Assembly (NCBI GenBank): GCA_027064425.1
Contig: JAMOPO010000015.1
Location: forward strand, 365,959 to 429,958
Length of the DNA stretch: 64,000 nt
Source of the DNA: Methanobacteriota archaeon
Lineage (GTDB): Archaea; JAADCQ01; Methanopyri; Methanopyrales; Methanopyraceae
Direction: 5' to 3'
Under the pieces are notes generated by a model, which was not told the origin of the DNA, did no database searches, and saw nothing but the letters and a program-made list of their open reading frames with translations. This document shows positions 56,925 through 64,000 of the stretch, one piece after another. Each line of letters starts with the position of its first letter. The stretch's first letter is position 1. The position numbers and the translations under genes are program-made.

Positions 56925-58186
56925 TTGAGTGAGGCGGTTTTCGAGGCGCTGGACGCCGTGGAGGAGCGTTGGGGTGACAACCTTCGCGCGTCGCAGGTGG
57001 AGATGCTGAGGAACCTGCGGAGGCAGCTCGAGGAGGATCGAGTGGCCATCCTCCGGGACCGGCCCGGCTCGGGTAAGTCGTGGCTGCTGCGCCGAATCGC
57101 ACGCGTGTACGGGGAGGGTGAGGCGAGCACCCACGCGCTGTTCTCGACCCGTCCCCGGACTTGGCGGGGCGGGAGGCTAAGACGTTCCGGGACGACTGGG
57201 GACTGCAGGCGGAGTGGTGGCGGGACGTCAGCGAGTACGAGTGTCGGGTCGGGCTGGACGCGCTCCTGGGAGACAAGCTGAGTGACAAGGACCTGCTCAG
57301 GGTGTACCAGGCCGCATCAAAGGCGAACGATGAGCCGAAGTGTCACCCGGACTTCTACCGGAAGGAGGGCCCGCTCCTGGGCAGCCTGGAGGATGAGGAG
57401 CTCCGGGAGCGGGTTCGGGAGGCGCTCTACGAGGACAACCCGTACGTGCACGGGTTCGCGCCCTGGGACGAGTGCGCGGAGTGCGAGGCGGTCAGGCAGC
57501 TGCGGGAGCCGGCCCGGATCGTCTGCCTGTCGTTCGACAAGCTCCTGGCGGCCCCGTTCCTGTACGTCTCGCATGAGCGGGCCAGAGAGGCGCTAGGCAA
57601 GGAGCCGCTGATGACGCTGGAGGATTGGAAGGAGGTGCTGGACGGCTCCCTCGTGATCCTGGACGACGCGCACATGCTTCCGGGCGCGCTCGTCGTCGAG
57701 GTACCGGCGTACGTGCCCGTGGGGGACTCCACGCTGGGGAAGCGGCTGGAGGGGCTGGCGCTGGGTCAGGAGTACCTGTGGCAGGTGGTGGACTGGGGGA
57801 GGGACGTCAGGAAGGTCAGGGCGGCGCTTCGGGGAGAGATCCTCGGCGACGTGCGCGACGTGCTGGTCAAGGAGCTCGAGGATTGGCTGGAGGAGCTCCG
57901 GGACCGGATCTCGGAGGACCGGAACGCGGGTTACCTACGCGCGAGGAAGGAGCTGTCGCTGCTGAACGAGCTGGTGAACCGGGCGGAGGAGGTGGGCGTG
58001 CGGGAGTGGGTGGTGGTGCGAGGCCCCAGGCGGGGCGGTGGGGCCAAGTTCCTGACGTTCGCCCCGGTAATCGAGAGCCTCGAGCAGCTGTTGGGGCTGC
58101 TCATGGGCCCGGACCTGATGGACCTGCCGGAGGCGTACCTCGTGGCGGAGAACCGGCCGACGCTGTCGGAGCTGCGGCGGGGATGA
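56925..58186 (+). pseudogene. XPD/Rad3/DinG-like helicase N-half, frameshifted near 57150-57175
   Basis: LRASQ and PGSGKS in one frame; Cys cluster and LDDAH in the next frame. Confidence 0.65.
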
Positions 58187-58211
58187 CCGATCCGCGGGAG
58201 GGGAGTGACCG

Positions 58212-58977
58212 ATGGGTGCACGGGCCGTCTTCCACCTGCTCCCAGTGCGCATCAAGGCCAAGGACGCGTGGAGGCTGGGGAGGCTCCTGCGGCGGGGACG
58301 TGCGGAACCACCGGGTGCTGGTCCTCGACCGGGCCAAGAGCTTCGCGGACGGCGTGCACGAGGCCCTCGGGGACGCGGAGCGGGTGGAGAGCGTGGTGGA
58401 CCTGGAGCGGTTCGCGGGTCGGGGTGGCGGGTTCGCGGTCGCGGAGATCACGCGCGGACTCGTGGGTGCGGACGTCCGCGGGATCGAGGGCGTGATCGTC
58501 TGCCGGACCTACCTGTCCAACTATGCCGCCCAGAGGTCCATCGTCATCCCGATCATGCTCAGGCGCGTGCGGCTGGATCCGAAGCCGGTGATGGAGGAGA
58601 ACCCGCTGGACGCGCTCCGGCTGGAGGCGCTGGAGAGCGTGCTCCACGACCTCGCCACGGTGGCCGGTCGGGCGGTGCGGGCGGAGTCCGGGGACGAGCA
58701 CCCGTTCACGGTGCTGGTGGGGGCGGGCACGGTCGTAGAGGTGATCCAGAACCGCCCCGACGAGGCGGGGGAGATTTACCGGGAGTTCCGGGATCGGTTC
58801 AGCGCGATCGACCCGAAGGTGAAGGTTCTCGACCTAGATTCCGGCACGGAGGTGCCGATGGAGGAGCTCCTCGACGGTTCCTTCAGGCTGGACACCCGGG
58901 ACTTCGAGGAGCTGGGAGAGGACGAGCGGGACATGCTGGTGCGTTGGATGGAGCGGAGGTTGTTCATGGTTCGCTGA
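58212..58977 (+). pseudogene. XPD-like helicase C-half, frameshifted near 58295
   Basis: SD plus ATG at 58212; then the +1 frame gives GADVRG and TVAGRAVR (motifs V/VI-like). Confidence 0.55.
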
Positions 58978-59037
58978 GCCTCAGAGGAGCATCTATAGTC
59001 GGGTGACCGCGGCGGTGGTGGGCGTGGGGGTTCGAGC

Positions 59038-60225
59038 GTGCGACTACACATCGCCACCGAGGAGGAGATCAGGCGAGGGGAGACCGCCGACGTCTACTTC
59101 CGGAGGATCCGGAAGGTGCTCGAGGAGGAGGGACTGGACGACGTCAAGGTGGTGGCCGAGGTCTCCACGCGCTCGCTCCCGGAGGGCTGGGAGTGGGGCG
59201 TTCTGTGCGGCGTCGAGGAGGCGCTGTCGCTGCTCGAGGACCGGGACGTGACGGTCTACGCGATGGACGAGGGTGAGATCTTTCGCCCGGGCCAGCCGGT
59301 GATGCGAATCGAGGGCTCCTACACCGAGTTCTGCGAGCTGGAGACGGCGCTGATCGGGTGCCTGGCGAAGGCGACCGGCATCGCGACGAAGGCGGCGAGG
59401 TGCAAGCTGGCGGCTAAGGGCAAGCCGGTGTACAGCTTCGGGATCCGGCGGCAGCACCCCGCGATCGCCCCGATGGTGGACCGGGCCGCGTACATCGGTG
59501 GCTGCGACGGTGTCTCCGGGATCAAGGGGGCGGAGCTGATCGGGGAGAAGCCCGTCGGCACCATGCCGCACGCGTTCATCCTGATCTTCGGCGACCAGCG
59601 CGAGGCCTGGCGGGCCTTCGACGAGCACGTGCCGGAGGACGTGCCCAGGATCGCGCTCGTGGACACGTTTTACGACGAGGTCGAGGAGGCGCTCATGGCG
59701 GCGGAGGAGCTGGGCGACCGGCTGTTCGGCGTGCGACTGGACACGCCCTCTTCGCGGCGGGGGGACATGGTGGAGATCGTGCGCGAGGTCCGCTGGGAGC
59801 TGGACGTGCGCGGCTACGAGGACGTCAAGATCATGGTCTCCGGCGGGCTGGACGAGGAGGAGATTCGAGAGCTCGCGGAGGCCGGTGCGGATGCGTTCGG
59901 TGTCGGTACGGCGATCTCGGACGCGCCGGCCGTGGACTTCGCCCTGGACGTGGTGGAGGTGGACGGAGAGCCGCGGGCGAAGCGGGGCAAGCTCTCGGGA
60001 GCGAAGCAGGTCTGGAGGTGCCCGAAGTGCCTGGAGGATAAGGTGACGCCGGCCGACCGAGAGCCAGGGGAGTGTCCGAGGTGCGGTGAGGAGCGGCGCC
60101 CACTCCTGCGCAAGTTCATCGAGGGTGGCGAGCCGGTTCGGGAGCCGAGGAGCCCAAAGGAGGCGCGGAAGCACGTGCTCAGGACGGTGAAACGCCTGGA
60201 GGGGGTGGACCGTGAGCGAGATTAG
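59038..60225 (+). CDS. pncB: Nicotinate phosphoribosyltransferase
   Basis: DVYF, FGIRR, GTMPH, VRLDTP, SGGL, GVGT. Confidence 0.92.
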   Translation: MRLHIATEEEIRRGETADVYFRRIRKVLEEEGLDDVKVVAEVSTRSLPEGWEWGVLCGVEEALSLLEDRDVTVYAMDEGEIFRPGQPVMRIEGSYTEFCELETALIGCLAKATGIATKAARCKLAAKGKPVYSFGIRRQHPAIAPMVDRAAYIGGCDGVSGIKGAELIGEKPVGTMPHAFILIFGDQREAWRAFDEHVPEDVPRIALVDTFYDEVEEALMAAEELGDRLFGVRLDTPSSRRGDMVEIVREVRWELDVRGYEDVKIMVSGGLDEEEIRELAEAGADAFGVGTAISDAPAVDFALDVVEVDGEPRAKRGKLSGAKQVWRCPKCLEDKVTPADREPGECPRCGEERRPLLRKFIEGGEPVREPRSPKEARKHVLRTVKRLEGVDRERD

Positions 60226-61093
60226 CGAACGGCTCGGCAGGGCCTTGCTGGAAACGGTGGAGAGGGACGATCCCGAGCCGTTCATCGAGGCCGTTCGGGA
60301 GCTCGAGCCCGACCCGGAGGAGCTGGAGCGGTTCCTGGAGGCGCTGAAAATTCAGCGGGAAAAGGGACGCGTCTCGGAGGAGACGGTGAGGGTCGTGGAG
60401 GAGGTCGTCGAGAAGGCGGGTGGAAGGAGGGAGCGCGGGGAGCTCCCGGAGACGGACCCGCTGGCTGAGTACGCGGGCGTGGACCGGGTCCTGGGCACCA
60501 TCATGACGGGGAAGGAGGCGGACGTCCTGCTCGCGGAGAAGAGGGGAAGGAAGGTCGCACTGAAGGTCTACCGAGCGTTCACAGGCCGGGAGGAGAAGCG
60601 CGAGGAGCGGGCCTACAGGACGGAGGACGGTGAGGTCGTCCGCCGCGTGGAGCGGGGTGACGCGGCCCTCCGTGAGTTCTCGCGACTCAAGCGGGCTTAT
60701 GAGGCCGGGGTTCGGGTCCCCGAACCCTACGACGCCCGGCCCGGAGTCATCGTGATGGAGTACATCCCCGGTGAGCCCCTGTACCGGGCCCCGGACTTGG
60801 AGGATCCCGAGGCGGTCCTGGACGATCTGGTGAGGCAGGTGGAGCGGCTGGCGGTCAAGGCGGAGCTGGTCCACGGGGATCTGAGCGCGTTCAACGTGCT
60901 CGTGAGCGACGACGAGGTGCCCTACATCATCGACCTCTCCGAGGCGAAGGGCGTTAAGGAACCCGGGGCGATGGAGCTGCTACGGCGGGATGTGGAGAAC
61001 CTCGTGGACTTCTTCAACCGAAAGTATGACGTCTCCAGGGACGTCGACGAGGTGGTGGAACGGGTGAGGGAACGTGTTTACGGTGATCGGTGA
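60212..61093 (+). CDS. RIO-type atypical Ser/Thr kinase
   Basis: TGKEA, ALKVY, MEYI, HGDLSAFN, IID. Confidence 0.88.
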   Translation: MSEISERLGRALLETVERDDPEPFIEAVRELEPDPEELERFLEALKIQREKGRVSEETVRVVEEVVEKAGGRRERGELPETDPLAEYAGVDRVLGTIMTGKEADVLLAEKRGRKVALKVYRAFTGREEKREERAYRTEDGEVVRRVERGDAALREFSRLKRAYEAGVRVPEPYDARPGVIVMEYIPGEPLYRAPDLEDPEAVLDDLVRQVERLAVKAELVHGDLSAFNVLVSDDEVPYIIDLSEAKGVKEPGAMELLRRDVENLVDFFNRKYDVSRDVDEVVERVRERVYGDR

Positions 61094-61505
61094 GTACGTC
61101 CGCGGGCTCGGCGAGGGACGGAAGTACGTCAGCATGCCTTATTACCGGGAGGAGATCCGCAAGATCACCGGCGAGGACCCGTTCCCGGGCACGTTCAACG
61201 TGCGGGTGGGGAGGGAGGAGTGGCGAGCGCTGCTGGAGGTGGCGGAGTCGAAGGGTTACCGGATCGAGCCCCGAGGTGATCTCGGCGGAGCGTGGCTGTA
61301 CCCGTGCGCCGTGAACGGTGTCCGGGCGTGGATGGTGTTCCCGGACCTAACCGAGCACCGGGATCAGGTCGAGCTGATTTCCGGTCTCGAGCTCCGCAGG
61401 ACGCTGGGAGTGCTCCCGGGAGACCCCGTCAAAATCAGGGTCTGGGGCCCGAAGTCTTGGCGGATCTGGCGGGAGACAAGCTGCGAGAGATCAAGCGGGC
61501 GCTGA
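61074..61505 (+). CDS. ribK: CTP-dependent riboflavin kinase
   Basis: GLGEG..Y, PFPGTFN, ELIS...LR. Confidence 0.88.
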   Translation: MFTVIGEYVRGLGEGRKYVSMPYYREEIRKITGEDPFPGTFNVRVGREEWRALLEVAESKGYRIEPRGDLGGAWLYPCAVNGVRAWMVFPDLTEHRDQVELISGLELRRTLGVLPGDPVKIRVWGPKSWRIWRETSCERSSGR

Positions 61506-62158
61506 AGCGCGGCGAGCCCGTGCTCGTGTTTGACTTCGAGGATCGCGAGGGCGAGACCGACGTGATGCTCTGGGCCCCCAAGGTGGAGCCGGAGCACGTG
61601 GCGTTGCTGCGCGAGCGGGCCGGAGGCCTCATCTGCGCGGTCTTACACCCGGAGCACGCCGAGGAGATCGGGCTCCCTCACCTCGTGGACGTGTACCGGG
61701 CGGCCAGGGACGAGTTCCCGCTCCTGCGTGAGACCTGGCCGGACGACATCCCGTACGACGAGCGGTCCACGTTTTCCATCACGATCAACCACCGCGACAC
61801 GTTCACCGGCGTCACGGACGAGGACCGAGCGCTGACCATCCGGAAGCTCGCGGAGTTCTTCGAGCGGGAGCACGAGGATCCCGTCCGCGAGTTCGGCCGT
61901 GAGTTCCGGTCGCCGGGCCATGTGCACCTGCTGCGACCATTCGACGGGCTCTTGGACGAGCGGCAGGGTCACACCGAGCTCACGGCGGCGCTGCTCGAGA
62001 TGGTCGGGTTGGAGCCTAAGGTGGCCGTCATCTGCGAGATGCTGGAGTCCGGCGGGGGTTCCCTGCCGCCGGATCGGGCCCGGGACGTGGCCGAGGAGCT
62101 CGACGCCCCGTTCGTGACCGGGGATGAGATTCTCCAGGCGTGGAGGAGGCGCCGGTAA
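61457..62158 (+). CDS. ribB: 3,4-dihydroxy-2-butanone-4-phosphate synthase
   Basis: DREGETD, TFTGVTDEDRA, PGHV, RQGHTE, CEM. Confidence 0.93.
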   Translation: MADLAGDKLREIKRALKRGEPVLVFDFEDREGETDVMLWAPKVEPEHVALLRERAGGLICAVLHPEHAEEIGLPHLVDVYRAARDEFPLLRETWPDDIPYDERSTFSITINHRDTFTGVTDEDRALTIRKLAEFFEREHEDPVREFGREFRSPGHVHLLRPFDGLLDERQGHTELTAALLEMVGLEPKVAVICEMLESGGGSLPPDRARDVAEELDAPFVTGDEILQAWRRRR

Positions 62159-62219
62159 TCCCCGACTCGGGAAAATGGAAAATGTGGAACCGTGGCTTCG
62201 GCAGCGGGGGGAGCGCAGC

Positions 62220-62813
62220 GTGAGGGGACCGGTCCTGGTCCTCGGCGTAATGCTCGTGCTCTCCGCCGCGGTTCCCGCGTACGCGCAGACGACCGCCGCG
62301 GCGGGTGGCGGTGGGGGAGCGACTCAGGCGGCACCGACCGTCCAGACCGCACCCGCCGGTGGTGGAGGCGCTGGGACCACCCAAACGGCCGCCCCGGCAC
62401 CGTCCGAGACGGGAGGAGGGAGCGCCTCCGCTCCTCAGGGATCGCAGCAGGGTCAGGGGCAGCAGGGAGGGAAGAAGAAGCCCGAGCCGAAGAAGAAGCA
62501 CGTAGGACAGCAGAAGCGGTCTGCCGGGCCGGGCTTCGGCCGGCTGATCGGAGAGTACAGGTACTACACGATGGCCGCAGCGGTGGGCCTCATGGCGCTG
62601 GCCGGCCTGGTGGGTTACGGAATGGTCAAGTTCGAGCGGGAGGCCGCTCGGCGGGAGTCCGAGGAGGAGTCTCGGGCTCGGAGGTTCGGAAGGAGGTCGG
62701 CAGGGCGCGAGGAATCAGACGAGTCAAGGCCCAAGCGCCCCTCCACGATCGAGAGGTCCGATGAGGAGGTGGAGAAGGTCAAGCGACTCTGGGAGCAGCT
62801 GAGGGAGGAGTAG
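62220..62813 (+). CDS. Signal-peptide, low-complexity single-TM protein
   Basis: Signal peptide, G/T/A/Q-rich segment, TM helix, charged tail. Confidence 0.65.
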   Translation: MRGPVLVLGVMLVLSAAVPAYAQTTAAAGGGGGATQAAPTVQTAPAGGGGAGTTQTAAPAPSETGGGSASAPQGSQQGQGQQGGKKKPEPKKKHVGQQKRSAGPGFGRLIGEYRYYTMAAAVGLMALAGLVGYGMVKFEREAARRESEEESRARRFGRRSAGREESDESRPKRPSTIERSDEEVEKVKRLWEQLREE

Positions 62814-62826
62814 GGGAGTCGTCGCG

Positions 62827-63213
62827 ATGGCCCTCAGGTGCCCTCGGTGCGGCGGCCCGGTGCGTCCGCACATGGAGATCCTCGAGTGTGAGGAGTGTGA
62901 CTGGACGAAGGAACTGGACAGCAAGCCCAAGCGCACCACCAGGCTCAAGTGGATCAAGGAGTACGCCGTCCGCATCCTTCGGGAGGAGTTCGACGACTGC
63001 GGTGTGGTGAAAGCGTTCGTTCGGGGCCCCCGCGGGCCCAAGGGAGCGGAGTACTTGGCGGCGACGGTGTACGTCGAGGACCACCACAAGGCGATCGGGA
63101 AGGAGGGCGAGCGGGTGAAGGAGGTCGAGGAGAAGCTGCGGGAAGTCTGCGAGGAGCTGGACGTGCCTCCCATCCGCATCACCATTCAGCCGGCTTCCCA
63201 AGCCCCGGACTGA
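62827..63213 (+). CDS. Zn-ribbon plus KH-domain protein
   Basis: CPRC...CEEC; KH GxxG loop AIGKEG. Confidence 0.75.
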   Translation: MALRCPRCGGPVRPHMEILECEECDWTKELDSKPKRTTRLKWIKEYAVRILREEFDDCGVVKAFVRGPRGPKGAEYLAATVYVEDHHKAIGKEGERVKEVEEKLREVCEELDVPPIRITIQPASQAPD

Positions 63214-63229
63214 CGTCCGGTGCGGTGGG

Positions 63230-63240
63230 CTTCTTTTTCC
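63230..63240 (+). terminator. Pyrimidine-tract terminator
   Basis: CTTCTTTTTCC after the last gene of the + strand run. Confidence 0.45.
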
Positions 63241-63345
63241 AGTCGAGGCGGTCGCTCCGGCGCCGCGCCCCACCTCCGGCTCACTCATTCTCGCGCCCGG
63301 GGCGCGCGTTGGGGTCGCAGCGCCTTTTTAACGTGCGAGCGCGCA

Positions 63346-63660
63346 CCCGGCGCGGGGCGCTCGCGGATCATCGCCAGGCTCTCGGGCCCGTACACCGCCG
63401 GGAACGACGCGGGAGCGTGGACGGCTCGTGCGCAGGATCGGAGGACGAGCTAACCCGCCGCTGAAGGAGCCCGCGAAACGCGGGAGTGGCCGTTGGGTCT
63501 CCGCCTCCCTGGGGCTCCGAACGGGCTGGTAACGGCATCGCGAGCTCGTTGGGGTGGTGTTGAGGAGCGGGCTCGCCACCCGCCTCGCGTTCCTAGGCTT
63601 CCGAGCCGGGTGGCGCACTAGGTGGCTAGGTCGAACCTCGCCGGGGCGCCGCGCGGGCTC
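63346..63660 (+). ncRNA. Unassigned structured RNA or long leader (candidate)
   Basis: TATA TTTTTAA at ~63325; nested helices; no credible ORF. Confidence 0.5.
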
Positions 63661-63686
63661 CTCACTGCGCTCAGGGGGCGAGCGGC

Positions 63687-64000
63687 TTGTCCTCCGCCGT
63701 GGTAGTGGAGGGACTGAAGAAGGTTTACGAGACGGAAACCCGGGGCAAGGTCGTGGCGCTGGACGGGCTGGACTTGGAGGTTGAGGAGGGTGAGATCCAC
63801 GGGATCTTGGGTCGGAGCGGTGCGGGCAAGAGCACCCTGATTCGGATCTTGCGAGGGGCGGAGCGGTTCGACGAGGGCAGGGTAGAGATCTGCGGGATCG
63901 AGCTGACGCCGGACGCGCCGAAGTCCAGGTTCACCGAGGTGAGGAAGGTCACCGCGATCCACCCGCAGCGAGAGTTCGGTCTGTGGCCTGAAACCGCGGC
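63687..64000 (+). CDS. AtwA-like (MCR component A2 family) ABC ATPase, 5' partial
   Basis: Manual translation from TTG: GILGRSGAGKST..ILRG.E.F, TAIHPQREFGLW.ETA. Confidence 0.8.
   Translation, partial: MSSAVVVEGLKKVYETETRGKVVALDGLDLEVEEGEIHGILGRSGAGKSTLIRILRGAERFDEGRVEICGIELTPDAPKSRFTEVRKVTAIHPQREFGLWPETA

Noticed and set aside
63211-63453. Selenocysteine readthrough of the KH gene TGA
   Set aside because: Downstream peptide is non-native and crosses a terminator; no convincing SECIS
63330-63660. Group II intron or SRP RNA
   Set aside because: GTGCG and GAGCCGGGTG are present but sit in local hairpins with no domain V/VI geometry; no CAGG...AGCA helix 8

Overview
Archaeal chromosomal DNA of roughly 68-70% GC (eyeballed from sampled lines), almost certainly from a Methanopyrus-lineage hyperthermophilic methanogen. 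Diagnostic traits are the split reverse gyrase B subunit, a C8-containing tRNA, hmd-mtd embedded among all seven hcg genes, an RFC-S intein and many C/D sRNAs. Content is mostly housekeeping: coenzyme B/homocitrate genes, an ABC exporter, rgyB, RNA modification enzymes, the distal spc operon (L19e to cmk), the [Fe]-hydrogenase locus, TIP49-RFC, several GTPases, and NAD and riboflavin genes. The ORF track misses the non-coding content: an oversized RNase P RNA, tRNA-Gly(TCC), at least 6 C/D guides, 2 H/ACA loci and an unassigned ~310-nt structured RNA candidate. The most intriguing unexplained signals are (1) a 4-copy intergenic palindrome AATCGTTACGA-N3-TCGTAACGATT always just 3' of a gene, (2) the unassigned structured RNA upstream of an AtwA-like ATPase, and (3) a split, doubly frameshifted XPD-like Fe-S helicase. 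No CRISPR array, transposase or prophage was seen.
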